Below, in pieces: positions 10,836-20,573 of a stretch of DNA of 64,000 nt; position 1 is the first letter of the stretch; each line of letters opens with the position of its first letter. The notes beneath the pieces were generated by a model that had not been told where the DNA came from, did no database searches, and saw nothing but the letters and a program-made list of their open reading frames with translations. This stretch comes from Candidatus Sumerlaeia bacterium (GTDB lineage: Bacteria; Sumerlaeota; Sumerlaeia; JADFCW01). The stretch covers positions 4,028 through 68,027 of the forward strand of contig JAOAGV010000006.1 in assembly GCA_026415575.1 (NCBI GenBank), given 5' to 3'. A program made the position numbers and the translations under genes.

Positions 10836-11212
10836 AAAAAAACTCGGTTTGGAATGCGCGCGCCTGTGCGCATCAACCGAAAAGGAAAATGACATTTCTC
10901 ATGCCCAAGGTCAAGCGGCAACGAACAGGTTGTTCTGCAAGAGTCCGTTGCGAAATGCCGCTGCCCTCTTGGAACTGGGCTGTCCCGCCCATGTGCGCAT
11001 TATGGTGTCGAGGAGGAAAAAAGAACTTTGATAGATTTGACCGGATTTACAGGATCAAGACCCTTCGGTCCATCGAGGCGGAATTCTGTCCAAATGCACG
11101 CGGGGGATTCTCGCGCAAAGAACAGTTATATGCCTGTGGCAGAATGTCCACGCGGCATTCAACCCGGCTATGGAATCCAAATCAAAAATATAATATTGCG
11201 GGCAACCGGAAC

Positions 11213-12199
11213 TTATTTCCCTTTGACGTCCTGAAACTCCTTCCTCATTTCCTCCATATAGGTGTCCACGTTGTCTTTGGTGATGATCAGCACGCCGGTA
11301 TCAATTTCCTTCGGGAGCGGCTTGCCGGCGATGGCGTCGAGCAGTTTTTCCACCGACAGCCAGCCCATCTTGTAAGTTTTCTGCGCGATGCAGAACTGCA
11401 CCGTGCCGTCTTTGATGGCCGCCAGCGTGTCGGGCAAGTCGTCGAATCCGCCCAGCAGGATCTTGCCCGCCTTGCCGCGCTCCTTTAGAACGGCCGACGC
11501 TCCCGGCGCGCCCTCGGCCGAGACCGCAAAAATGGCTTTCAGGTTGGGATAGGCTTGCAGGAGCGTTTCGGTTTTGTTGACCACGATATCCATGCGTCCG
11601 CCGCCGACATCCTCGCGGGCGACGATCTTGATCTTGGGTGCCTTTTCTTTCAGGGCGCGCTCGAAGCCGTTGTAGCGCTCGTTGAGGTTGGTTGCCCCCA
11701 GTCCGCCCTGCAACACAGCCACCTCGCCTTCGCCCTCCATGTACTTTGCCATCATCTCGCCGCCGCTGTAACCAGCCGCCTCGTTCATCGTGCCGATGTA
11801 ACACAGAGCCTTGGACGAGGGTGCGGGCGCGTCGAAGCAGATGACTTTGATGCCGGCATCGGTGGCTTCCTGAATCACGGGCACAAGCGCCTGATCATCG
11901 AGAGCCGAAATGGCGATACCGTCCACTTTGCGGGCGATCAGGTTTTCAATCACCTCGACTTGGTTGGTGACTTTTGCGGCTTTGGCGGCGCGATATTCCG
12001 TCTTGACTCCGTATTTTTCCGCCGCGTCTTTGAATCCCTGATAGCAGGGCTCATAGTAAGGGTGCAGGAATTTCGGTACCATGACGAGGATCTTTTCTGT
12101 GGTTTGCGGTTTTTCGGCCGGTTGTTTTTCGCCGCAGGACAGAAGCATTGCGGCAGTGCTGAGCAGCACCGTTCGGGCTATTGTTTGAAGAGTTTTCAT
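11213..12199 (-). CDS. Periplasmic sugar-binding lipoprotein (periplasmic-binding-protein type I, ribose/galactose-binding family, ABC-type SBP fold).
   Basis: Lipoprotein signal MKTLQTIARTVLLSTAAMLLSCGEK. PBP1-family blocks KILVMVPKFLHPYYEPCYQGF, DGIAISALD, GIKVICFD, KILLGGFDDLPDTLAAIKDGTV. RBS AAAGGA upstream of the ATG. No ABC permease or ATPase genes lie nearby. Confidence 0.8.
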   Translation of the reverse strand: MKTLQTIARTVLLSTAAMLLSCGEKQPAEKPQTTEKILVMVPKFLHPYYEPCYQGFKDAAEKYGVKTEYRAAKAAKVTNQVEVIENLIARKVDGIAISALDDQALVPVIQEATDAGIKVICFDAPAPSSKALCYIGTMNEAAGYSGGEMMAKYMEGEGEVAVLQGGLGATNLNERYNGFERALKEKAPKIKIVAREDVGGGRMDIVVNKTETLLQAYPNLKAIFAVSAEGAPGASAVLKERGKAGKILLGGFDDLPDTLAAIKDGTVQFCIAQKTYKMGWLSVEKLLDAIAGKPLPKEIDTGVLIITKDNVDTYMEEMRKEFQDVKGK

Positions 12200-12305
12200 G
12201 GTGCATCCTTTCTGAAAGTCCAATGCGTCGGACGGGTCGGGCACGGCAGACGAATCAGACAGGTCGGGCGAGTCGGCCAGGTCCAATGGGTTGCCGCCCG
12301 ACCGC

Positions 12306-12515
12306 CTATGCTTGCGGTTTCTTGCCGCGACGCGCCAAAACCAGCATCACCACTCCAAACGCCAGCAGCGCCAACCCCCACCAGAGGTTGATATTGATGC
12401 CCAAGGAATGCCGATACATGTCGGCATTGGAAGATGTGACCAAACCATAGCCTCCCAGAAGCAGGCCGTAGATGGTGAACATCAGGCCGATCGGTATGCG
12501 AACATCCACTTGCAT
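12306..12515 (-). CDS. Small two-TM membrane protein, possibly an accessory small subunit of the adjacent Na+:solute symporter.
   Basis: 69 aa with two hydrophobic helices (IGLMFTIYGLLLGGYGLV; LWWGLALLAFGVVMLVLA) and a basic C-terminus. Lies 45 nt downstream of the SSS transporter on the same strand. Confidence 0.5.
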   Translation of the reverse strand: MQVDVRIPIGLMFTIYGLLLGGYGLVTSSNADMYRHSLGININLWWGLALLAFGVVMLVLARRGKKPQA

Positions 12516-12559
12516 GAGAGCCTCTCCTTTGTTGTGCAGAATGCCAACCCGCGTCGTGC

Positions 12560-14272
12560 TTACCAGAAAATAATGTTAAGAACTGTGGCCGCCAGCAATA
12601 CGATAAAGCCCAGCGTGGCCGGCTGTTTATGCCACGGCAAATCCGGTTCTTTGAACCGCGGCGTGACGGAATAAACCAACCCCTTGAGATCGCTGTCCGT
12701 TTTGGTCTGCCGCGTCAGAAGCGAGATGACGATGGTGGCGACAAAGCAGACCGTCCAAGCGATAATGGCCGTCCAGAAGTTCTGTGCCATTTCGCTGGGA
12801 TACTGATGGAGATTGACGCCCAGCCAGCCGCCCTTGATGCCGGCGACGCAGTCTTTCGGAAGCGTCAGGGCGTGATGCAGCGCGGCGGCCAGAGTGCCCG
12901 AGAGCAAACCGAAGAACGCCCCGTGGCCGGTGGCGCGCTTCCAGAACATGCCGAGCATGAACGTGGCAAACAGCGGCGCGTTCACAAACGCAAACACCAA
13001 TTGGAGCATGTCCATGATGTTGTTGAATTTCGTGGCCGCATACGCCGCCGCCACACTCAGGCCAATGCCCCAGATTGTCGTAAAATGCCCCATCCACAGA
13101 TAATGCCGGTCGGACTGATTCGGCCGGATGTAGCTCTGGTAGATGTCATACGTCCAGACCGTGTTGAACGCGGTAACATTGCCGGCCATACCCGACATGA
13201 ACGAGGCCATCAGCGCGGTCAGGCCCAGTCCCAAAAGGCCGGTCGGAAAATAATGGCCGAGCATCAGCGGGACCGCGAGGTTGTAGTTGATCGAGCCCGA
13301 TGCGTCCTTGGGGAGAAATCCCCCGGCGTTCTGGTGCTCCAAGGCGATGGCGATCATGCCCGGAAGGATGACCAGCGCGGGGAAAAGCATTTTGGGGACC
13401 GCGGCAATCAGCGGGGTGCGCCGCGCCGCCGACATCGAGTTGGCGGCCATCGCCCGCTGCACCACCAGAAAGTCCGTGCACCAGTAGCCGAATGACAGCA
13501 CAAAGCCCAACCCCATCACCATGCCGAACCACTCGACGCCCATCGGGTTGGCCGTCGGCGAGGTCATGTGCTGCCACGACTGCGTCCAAGTGCCCTCGGC
13601 AAAACCGTTCTTGGTAGCGACCAGATTCAGTTTCTCCACCAGACCGCTCCAGCCGCCCATGTCTTTCAGTCCGAGGAAAACCAGCGGCAAAAAGCCGAGA
13701 ACAATGAGAAAGAACTGAAGCACCTCGTTGTAGATGGCCGAGGTCAACCCTCCGAGGAAGATGTAAATCAACACGATGCCGGCCGACAGCAGCACGCTGA
13801 AGTGGAAGTTCCATCCGAGCAACAACTCGAACATCTTGGCCAATGCATACATCGAAATGCCCGACGAGAACACCGTCATCGCGGCAAACGAGATGGCGTT
13901 GAAGCCGCGCGTCTTCTCGTCGAAGCGCAACTTGAGATACTCCGGCACCGACCGCGCCCGCGAGCCGTAGTAGAACGGCATCATGAAAATGCCGATGAAC
14001 ACCATCGCCGGAATCGCGCCCACCCAGTAGAAGTGGCTGGTCATGATCCCGTATTTCGCGCCCGATGCGCCCATGCCGATGACTTCCTGCGCGCCCAGAT
14101 TGGCCGAGATGAACGCCAGCCCGGCAATCCAAGCTGGAATCGAGCGGCCCGACAGGAAAAAGTCCGTGCCTGTCTTCATGTAGCGTTTCAGTGCCCACCC
14201 GATCCCCAGCACGAACACAAAGTAGATCGTGAGAATCACATAGTCCACGTAGCCCAGTTGGATTTTTGGCAT
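12560..14272 (-). CDS. Sodium:solute symporter family (SSS, SGLT-like) transporter.
   Basis: 570 aa with 13-14 TM segments. SSS N-terminal pattern YFVFVLGIGWALKRYMKTGTDFFLSGRSIPAWIAGLAFISANLGA. Strong RBS AAGGAGG before the ATG. Confidence 0.85.
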   Translation of the reverse strand: MPKIQLGYVDYVILTIYFVFVLGIGWALKRYMKTGTDFFLSGRSIPAWIAGLAFISANLGAQEVIGMGASGAKYGIMTSHFYWVGAIPAMVFIGIFMMPFYYGSRARSVPEYLKLRFDEKTRGFNAISFAAMTVFSSGISMYALAKMFELLLGWNFHFSVLLSAGIVLIYIFLGGLTSAIYNEVLQFFLIVLGFLPLVFLGLKDMGGWSGLVEKLNLVATKNGFAEGTWTQSWQHMTSPTANPMGVEWFGMVMGLGFVLSFGYWCTDFLVVQRAMAANSMSAARRTPLIAAVPKMLFPALVILPGMIAIALEHQNAGGFLPKDASGSINYNLAVPLMLGHYFPTGLLGLGLTALMASFMSGMAGNVTAFNTVWTYDIYQSYIRPNQSDRHYLWMGHFTTIWGIGLSVAAAYAATKFNNIMDMLQLVFAFVNAPLFATFMLGMFWKRATGHGAFFGLLSGTLAAALHHALTLPKDCVAGIKGGWLGVNLHQYPSEMAQNFWTAIIAWTVCFVATIVISLLTRQTKTDSDLKGLVYSVTPRFKEPDLPWHKQPATLGFIVLLAATVLNIIFW

Positions 14273-14340
14273 CTGCCATTCCTCCTTGCTGTCTGTACGG
14301 TCGTTGCTGTCCTTTTCTTCGTTCGCCCCAACTGTGCCTG

Positions 14341-15480
14341 CTACTTGGCCACCGAAAAGCGGTAGATGATCGTATTCCGGTAGGTTTCGCCCGGTTTCAG
14401 CACAACCGACGGGAAGTTGGGCTTGTTCGGTGAGTCGGGAAAATGCTGCGGCTCCATGCAGAAGGCGCTGCGGTGTTTATAGACCCAGCCGCCCTTGCCG
14501 GTAATCGTGCCGTCGAGGAAATTGCCCGTGTAAAACTGCAGGCCCGGCTCGGTCGAGAGCACTTCGAGCACGCGGCCGGTTGAAGCCTCGGTCACCCGGG
14601 CGATGACATCCAGCTTGCCCGCCGGCTTGTTGAGCACCCAGTTGTGGTCGTAGCCGCCGCCGAATTTGATTTGCTCGTCGTCGGCGTTGATCCGCTCGCC
14701 GATTTTGTGCGGCGTGGTGAAATCGAAGGGCGTTCCCTTGACCGGCCGCAGCTCGCCCGTGGGAATCAGCGTGGCATCCACAGGGGTGAACCGGTCGGCG
14801 GCGATCATGACCTCGTGGTCGAGGATGTCGCCCTTGCCGGCGAGATTGAAGTAGGAGTGTTGCGTGAGATTGACAATGGTTTCTTTGTCGGTCGTGGCCT
14901 CATAGTCCAGCCGCAGACCGTTGTCGGCGGTCAGGGTATAGGTGGCCTTGACAGAGAGATTACCGGGATAGCCCTCTTCGCCGTCGCGGCTGAGGTAGGT
15001 GAGTTCGAGCTTGGGCTCCGCACCGCTGATGGGATTGGCCTTCCAGACCACCTTGTCGAACCCCTTCGCGCCGCCGTGAAGTGCGTTGGGACCGTTGTTG
15101 CACAGCAGGGAATACTCCTTGCCGCCGAGCGTGAACTTGCCTTTGGCAATGCGGTTGCCATAGCGGCCCACCAGACAGCCGAAATACGGGCTTTGGTTGA
15201 TATAGCCGGCAAGGTGGTCATAGCCCAGCACCACATCGCCCAGTTTGCCCGCGCGGTCGGGAACCCACAGTTCGGTAACAATCCCGCCGTAGTTGGTGAT
15301 CTTGGCGACCATGCCGTTTGCGTTTTTCAGCGTGAACAGTTCAATGGGGATGCCGCTTCCGGAAGCGACAAACGGTTCGCGGGTGATCCCGCCTTCGGCA
15401 GCCTGCGACATTGTCCAACCTCCCAAGAGAATGATTGTGCTCAATGCGACAAAAGATAGACATTTCATTTGGGGACGCAT
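14341..15480 (-). CDS. galM: Aldose 1-epimerase (galactose mutarotase), secreted or periplasmic.
   Basis: Mutarotase blocks GGIVTELWVPDRAG, YFGCLVGRYGNRIAKGKFTLGGKEYSL, NNGPNALHGG, and the catalytic-region HSYFNL. Signal peptide MRPQMKCLSFVALSTIILLGGWTMSQAAEG. RBS AGGAGG 7 nt before the ATG at 15480. Confidence 0.85.
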   Translation of the reverse strand: MRPQMKCLSFVALSTIILLGGWTMSQAAEGGITREPFVASGSGIPIELFTLKNANGMVAKITNYGGIVTELWVPDRAGKLGDVVLGYDHLAGYINQSPYFGCLVGRYGNRIAKGKFTLGGKEYSLLCNNGPNALHGGAKGFDKVVWKANPISGAEPKLELTYLSRDGEEGYPGNLSVKATYTLTADNGLRLDYEATTDKETIVNLTQHSYFNLAGKGDILDHEVMIAADRFTPVDATLIPTGELRPVKGTPFDFTTPHKIGERINADDEQIKFGGGYDHNWVLNKPAGKLDVIARVTEASTGRVLEVLSTEPGLQFYTGNFLDGTITGKGGWVYKHRSAFCMEPQHFPDSPNKPNFPSVVLKPGETYRNTIIYRFSVAK

Positions 15481-15868
15481 GATCCGCCTCCTATTTGGTG
15501 TAGTTTTGTTGGCGACACGGAAATTCCGTGCCTTGGGAAGCGGAGAATCTCTAAAATGCACCGCGCGCATATGCAAGTATTAAGTTGCCCTCCCAAACCC
15601 GGCCCTGCTTTTTGACGACCGGGCCTGACGCCAAGCCGCCAAGCGGCAAAACGTTTCTTTAATTTCCGTTGGCCGCAGTGAAACCCAACCCGGTGTTCTC
15701 AAACAAGCGGCCCTCTGGCAGAGTCATAAAATATTTTGGTTTTCTCCCTTGGGATCTTTGCGTGAGATTCTGCCTAAAAGGTCGCGGGCCCGGCTTCGTT
15801 GCGCCGTTCGTTGTTGACGCCGCGCGCGGGAACATGTTTCTTTCCCTGCAGATGATCGAGGTGTCCAG

Positions 15869-16183
15869 ATGGCTTGGCTTTATCAGGAAGAAACGATTGA
15901 GGCGCTTTTTCTGGCACTGATTGCGATTACGCCCGCCATTGCGGCGGTGGGCGGGGTGCTGCATCGTCTCGCCGCCGGCAGGCTGTCGCGCCGGGCCTTG
16001 ACCCTTTGGGCCGGGGTGGCGCTGGCCGGTCCGGCCAACTACGGTCTGTGGCGGCTTTTCAATGCCATCGAGGACTACTGGGGACTGGATCGCGTCAAGC
16101 CGTTGCTGATCAACTTTGCGATATTTGTCGCGCTGGGTGTGGTCGTGGGGCTGGTTTTGCGCATACTGCTCCGGCCCGAATGA
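15869..16183 (+). CDS. Possible small membrane protein of about 104 aa with three TM segments.
   Basis: Hydrophobic segments LFLALIAITPAIAAVGGVL, LWAGVALAGPA and LLINFAIFVALGVVVGLVL. GC3-rich codons. No homology recognised. Confidence 0.3.
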   Translation: MAWLYQEETIEALFLALIAITPAIAAVGGVLHRLAAGRLSRRALTLWAGVALAGPANYGLWRLFNAIEDYWGLDRVKPLLINFAIFVALGVVVGLVLRILLRPE

Positions 16184-16220
16184 CACGACGCGCGCAAACC
16201 GATTCATGGGGAGGTTGCCA

Positions 16221-16883
16221 ATGAAATACACCGTCACGCTTCTGTTCGAGGAGTTTGTTACGCACGACACCAAGCGCTTCATTTTCGAGCGCCCCAAAGA
16301 CCTCAAGATCGAACCCGGCACGGCGCTTCTGCTCGCGCTCAACAAACCGAAACTTCAGGACGACCTTCACCCCTTTACGCCCACCTCGCTGGCCGGCGAC
16401 AAGGTGCTCGAATTCATCATCAAGCAGTATCCGGCGCATCACGGCATGACCGAGAAGCTGCACAAACTCGTTCCCGGCGATACGGTGCTGATCAAGGGCG
16501 TCTATGGCGCGCTGACCTATAAAGGGCCGGGCGTGTTCATTGCCGGCGGAACAGGCATCACGCCGTTCATTGCCATTTTGCGGCAGTTGCGAAAGGAAGG
16601 CAAACTGAAGGGCAACTCGCTGCTGTTCTCAAACAAGACGCATGCCGACATCATTCTCGAGCGCGAATTGCGCCACATGCTGGGCAAGGACTGCGTATTC
16701 ACGCTGACGCGCGAGTCGCGCCCGGGCTATGAGAACAAGCGGATTGACGCAAAGTTTCTCAAAGCAAAGATTAAAAACTTCCGCCAGCGGTTCTACGTCT
16801 GCGGCCCGCCGCAGTTCGTCGAAAACATCAATGCCTTTCTCCAAAAGGCGGGCGCGAAACCCGACCACATCGCGTTTGATTGA
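16221..16883 (+). CDS. FAD/NAD(P)-binding oxidoreductase of the ferredoxin-NADP+ reductase / cytochrome-b5-reductase-like fold (flavodoxin reductase-like).
   Basis: FNR-fold signatures: FAD-binding RxFTP-type motif HPFTPTS, NAD-binding GVFIAGGTGITPFIAILRQL, and C-terminal FYVCGPPQFVE. RBS GGGGAGG before the ATG at 16221. Confidence 0.7.
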   Translation: MKYTVTLLFEEFVTHDTKRFIFERPKDLKIEPGTALLLALNKPKLQDDLHPFTPTSLAGDKVLEFIIKQYPAHHGMTEKLHKLVPGDTVLIKGVYGALTYKGPGVFIAGGTGITPFIAILRQLRKEGKLKGNSLLFSNKTHADIILERELRHMLGKDCVFTLTRESRPGYENKRIDAKFLKAKIKNFRQRFYVCGPPQFVENINAFLQKAGAKPDHIAFD

Positions 16884-16992
16884 TGGCGCAATAAAACCGG
16901 CAAATCCGACCCGAGGGGCAAATTGCGCGCAATACCGCGGAACCCCCCTGAGAAAAGACTTGTCTTGGCGCGCGCGACTGTGCAAGAAAACC

Positions 16993-17015
16993 GGCTGTGG
17001 CGCAGAACCACAGCC
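16993..17015 (+). terminator. Perfect 8-bp-stem GC hairpin (ggctgtgg-cgcagaa-ccacagcc) between the oxidoreductase gene and the isomerase gene. It may be a terminator or a regulatory hairpin.
   Basis: Inverted repeat read directly from the sequence. No clear U-tract follows it. Confidence 0.3.
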
Positions 17016-17067
17016 ATAGCCTAATCAAGTCATGATCATTTCCAGGGAATCACGAGGAGGAGAACCC

Positions 17068-17985
17068 ATGAATCGCAGGCATCTCATTGCATCCGCCGGC
17101 GCGACCCTCGGTGCGGCGGCCGTTGGCGTCAGGCCGGCCCGCGCGGCCGAAATGAGCGAGCAGGAACTGCGCTCGCTCGGCAAGACCGATTTGAAGATTT
17201 GCCTCCAGCCGGGGCTATTCAAACTCCCCATGGTCGAGGCCATTGACCAGATCGCCAAGCACGGCTTTCCGGGCGTCGAAAGCCTCAGCATCAATCCCAA
17301 CGAGGTGGACGCCATCCGCAAGAAGCTCGACGAGACGGGCGTGGTCTGGCGCTGCACGGGTGCCGGCATCGCCTCGATCGGCAGTCCGAAAGACTGGAAA
17401 AAGGGACTGGGCATCAGCGCCGAGGAAGAACACGATGCCATAGAAAAATCCTTCCGCGAGCGTTGCGCTCTGGCCAAGCGGCTCAACATCAAGTGCCTGC
17501 TCGGTCTGACCGGTCAGAAGCGGCAAGACATGTCCGCCGAAAAGCAGACGGAGATCATCGTCAAAGGCCTCAAGCGCCTCGCCCCGATTGCCCAAGAGCA
17601 TGATATGATCATCGTTCTGGAAATCCTCAACGTGCTGGTCAACCATCCGGGCTATTTTCTGGTCTATACGCCCCAAGGCGCCGAGATTATTCAGGCGGTC
17701 AACCATCCGAACGTGAAATTGCTTTACGACATTTATCACCAGCAGATCAGCGAGGGCAATCTGATCGCCAACATCAAGAAATACATCTCGTGCATCGGCC
17801 ATTTCCACATCGGCGACAATCCGGGCCGGCAGTATCCGGGAACCGGCGAGATCAACTATCGGAATGTCTTCAAGGCGATCAAGGATACGGGCTACGACGG
17901 CTATCTGGCGATGGAATGCGGCTACGGCAACAAGACCCCGCTCGAGATCATGAAGATCATGCACGACCTGACGAAGTTTTCATGA
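17068..17985 (+). CDS. Tat-secreted sugar-phosphate isomerase/epimerase (xylose-isomerase-like TIM barrel, hydroxypyruvate isomerase family).
   Basis: Tat signal MNRRHLIASAGATLGAAAVGVRPARA. Hyi-family motifs IGHFHIGDNPGRQYPGTGEINY and GYDGYLAMECGY. RBS AGGAGG upstream. Confidence 0.75.
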   Translation: MNRRHLIASAGATLGAAAVGVRPARAAEMSEQELRSLGKTDLKICLQPGLFKLPMVEAIDQIAKHGFPGVESLSINPNEVDAIRKKLDETGVVWRCTGAGIASIGSPKDWKKGLGISAEEEHDAIEKSFRERCALAKRLNIKCLLGLTGQKRQDMSAEKQTEIIVKGLKRLAPIAQEHDMIIVLEILNVLVNHPGYFLVYTPQGAEIIQAVNHPNVKLLYDIYHQQISEGNLIANIKKYISCIGHFHIGDNPGRQYPGTGEINYRNVFKAIKDTGYDGYLAMECGYGNKTPLEIMKIMHDLTKFS

Positions 17986-18040
17986 GCGGGCCTTGGGTCG
18001 GCGGTTGAAACGAAAGAAAACACGGCGGGCGTGCGGGCCG

Positions 18041-19942
18041 TTACTCCAGTCCATACGCCCGCATTTTTTCGTAGAGCGTCGAGCGGCTGATGCCCAACTG
18101 CTGGGCTGCGCGTTGTTTGTTTCCCTCGCAGACTTTGAGAACGGCCTCGATTTGTTTGCGTTCGACCTCGGCGAGGGTCAGCGAGGTGTAATCGGCCGGC
18201 AACGGCGAGGCACGCCGTCCTTCCTCCTTGCGCGTCACAGTCGCCGGCAGCGTAACGTATTCGGGCAGATGGCTGACGGTCAGCATTTTCCCCGTTCCCA
18301 TGACCAGCGCGTGCTCGATGGCGTTGCGCAACTGGCGGACGTTGCCCGGCCAGTCGTATTGCGCAAGAGCATAGAGGGCCTGCGGCGAAATCTGTTCGAG
18401 CGTCGTGGGAATCTGCTGGCGCAGTTCGCGGAAGAAATGCTCGGCCAGCGGGGCAATGTCCTCGCGCCGCTCACGCAGCGGCGGAATTTTCAACTCGACC
18501 ACGTTCAGGCGGAAGTATAGGTCTTCGCGGAAACGGCCCTCGGCAATCATTTCTTCGAGGTTGCGATTGGTTGCAGCCACCACGCGCACGTCCACGCGGA
18601 TGGGCCGGCTGCCCCCGACACGGTAGAACTCGCCTTCCTGCAGGACGCGTAGAAACTTGACTTGGGCGTCGGGCGGCAGCTCGCTGACCTCGTCCAGAAA
18701 AATGGTGCCGCCGTCGGCCGCCTCGAACTGGCCGGCCTTGCGCGCATGTGCGCCGGTAAACGCCCCCTTTTCGTGGCCGAACAACTCGCTCTCGATCAGC
18801 GTCGGCGCTATCGCCCCGCAATTGACCGCGACAAACGGACCGGCCGACCGCTTGCTGAGCTGGTGGATGGTCCGGGCGATCAACTCCTTGCCCGTTCCGC
18901 TTTCGCCCCGGATCAGAACCGACGAATGGGCCTCGGCCACGCGAATCGTCTCGGCGATCAGTTCGCGCATGGCCGCACTCTGGCCGACAATGATGTTGCC
19001 GAATCTCTCGCCGGCGGCGGCCGTACGCGCGGCCCGCGTACGGGCCAGCACATCGGCCAGAACAAATCCGAGATAGCCGCAGGCGGCCATCGCAAAATCC
19101 AGGTCGCGTTTGAGAAAACTCTCCGGCTGCCCGGTCCGCTCCAGCGTCACCACTCCAAGAAGCGCACCGCCGGCCGACAGCGGCAGCGCCATAATCGGAT
19201 GGCGGGGGAGCGATTCCGACGAGAGCAGTCCGACGCCGGCCGACAGCATCACGGGACGTTTTTGCTGCTCCACCCATTCGAGCACGGCACGAGGAAATTG
19301 CTCGACCGGCGGCGCGTCGGCGGCCCCCTCTCCCTGCGTTTCGACGCAGGCAGGAATGGACGACAGTGTTTCGCCTTCGCGCAGCCAGAGCATGGCGCGC
19401 GTGGCGCCGGTGGCCAGATACAACGATTGCGCCGCAAGGGCGAAGGCCTCGTTGAGGCTGGCGGCGCGCGGCAATTCGCGGCTCAAGGTATACAGGGTGC
19501 GCAGTTGCAAATAGGTGGATTCGAGGGCGGCGAACAGTGCTCCGCGGTCTTCGAGAGTTTTCAGTTCCGTCACAGGGTCTTCGCGCTTTTCGCTCTCATC
19601 GAGGGCCGAGAAGTCCACGGCCGACGGCGGGATGGGCGCGGTTTCGTCTTCCGGCTGCCCGTCGTAATACACAAAGGCATTCTCGCCCATCACGATTTTG
19701 TCGCCGCTGTTGAGAAACGTGATGCGGACGGGCAAATCATTGACCAATGTGCCGTTGGAGCTGCCGAGGTCCACGAGCGTCGCGCGGCCCTCGGCCAGAA
19801 CGATCTGGGCGTGCTGGCGCGATGACTTTTTGTCGGGCAGCTGCACGTGGCACTCGGCCGACCGCCCGAACGTCGTGCGATGGCTGAGCAGCGGAATCAC
19901 CTTCCCCGCAAATTCCCCTTCGATCCAGACCAGATAACTCAT
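18041..19942 (-). CDS. Sigma-54-dependent transcriptional activator with an N-terminal FHA domain, a GAF domain, the AAA+ sigma54-interaction domain and a C-terminal Fis-type HTH.
   Basis: FHA region TTFGRSAECHVQLPDKKSSRQHAQIVL...LGSSNGTLVND. Walker A GESGTGKELIARTIH. GAFTGA motif present. Arginine finger region. HTH RAAQQLGISRSTLYEKM. Confidence 0.85.
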   Translation of the reverse strand: MSYLVWIEGEFAGKVIPLLSHRTTFGRSAECHVQLPDKKSSRQHAQIVLAEGRATLVDLGSSNGTLVNDLPVRITFLNSGDKIVMGENAFVYYDGQPEDETAPIPPSAVDFSALDESEKREDPVTELKTLEDRGALFAALESTYLQLRTLYTLSRELPRAASLNEAFALAAQSLYLATGATRAMLWLREGETLSSIPACVETQGEGAADAPPVEQFPRAVLEWVEQQKRPVMLSAGVGLLSSESLPRHPIMALPLSAGGALLGVVTLERTGQPESFLKRDLDFAMAACGYLGFVLADVLARTRAARTAAAGERFGNIIVGQSAAMRELIAETIRVAEAHSSVLIRGESGTGKELIARTIHQLSKRSAGPFVAVNCGAIAPTLIESELFGHEKGAFTGAHARKAGQFEAADGGTIFLDEVSELPPDAQVKFLRVLQEGEFYRVGGSRPIRVDVRVVAATNRNLEEMIAEGRFREDLYFRLNVVELKIPPLRERREDIAPLAEHFFRELRQQIPTTLEQISPQALYALAQYDWPGNVRQLRNAIEHALVMGTGKMLTVSHLPEYVTLPATVTRKEEGRRASPLPADYTSLTLAEVERKQIEAVLKVCEGNKQRAAQQLGISRSTLYEKMRAYGLE

Positions 19943-20050
19943 GGGCAGCATCCTGCTGTCGGAGATAGACGTCCAAGTCTGCGGCGAGCCTGCCGTGAAG
20001 GGGCAGGCCACGCCGGTCATTGTGCCGTGCAGTGCGGCGCGACCGTCGGA

Positions 20051-20482
20051 TTATGCATTTGCGTTGCGAAAGATTTCCTTTTTCCGGAAGAAGCACGCGA
20101 TCTCGCGCCGCGCGGCCGCCGGCGAGTCCGAGCCGTGAACGATGTTTTCACGCGTGCCAAGCGCCAGATCCCCGCGTATGGTTCCCGGCGCGGCATCCAA
20201 GGCCCGTGTCGGCCCCATCATCAGTCGCACGATGCCAATCGCCTCCAGCCCCTCGACGACCATTGCCACCGATGGCCCCGACTGGATGAAGCGGCTAAGG
20301 GCTGGATAGAAGTCCTCCTTCGCATATTGGCCGTAGTGGCGGCGGGTCAGGGTTTCGTCGAATTGGAGCATTTTCATGGCGACAATCCGCAGGCCCTTCG
20401 CTTCGATACGCCGAATAACTTCGCCGATCAGTCCGCGCCTGACCCCGTCGGGTTTGATTAAGACCAAAGTTTGTTCGATCAT
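20051..20482 (-). CDS. ndk: Nucleoside diphosphate kinase.
   Basis: Canonical Ndk motifs: MIEQTLVLIKPDGVRRGLIGEVI, NIVHGSDS (active-site His), and GTIRGD. Confidence 0.9.
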   Translation of the reverse strand: MIEQTLVLIKPDGVRRGLIGEVIRRIEAKGLRIVAMKMLQFDETLTRRHYGQYAKEDFYPALSRFIQSGPSVAMVVEGLEAIGIVRLMMGPTRALDAAPGTIRGDLALGTRENIVHGSDSPAAARREIACFFRKKEIFRNANA

Positions 20483-20573
20483 ACAGTTTTTTTTCTCCCC
20501 CCTCAATCACCATCCCGTACCGATGTGTGGATAGGACTCTTTCGTTCAAAGAACAAAAAAACTACAGGTTGAA

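Noticed and set aside
15659-16345. 228-aa minus-strand ORF
   Set aside because: Low-complexity Arg/Gly/Pro-rich translation antisense to plausible plus-strand genes. It looks like a GC-shadow ORF.
16900-16960. Sigma54-type promoter upstream of the isomerase gene (TGGCGCGCGCGACTGTGCA)
   Set aside because: GG and GC elements are present, but the spacing is 3 nt too long for the -24/-12 consensus.
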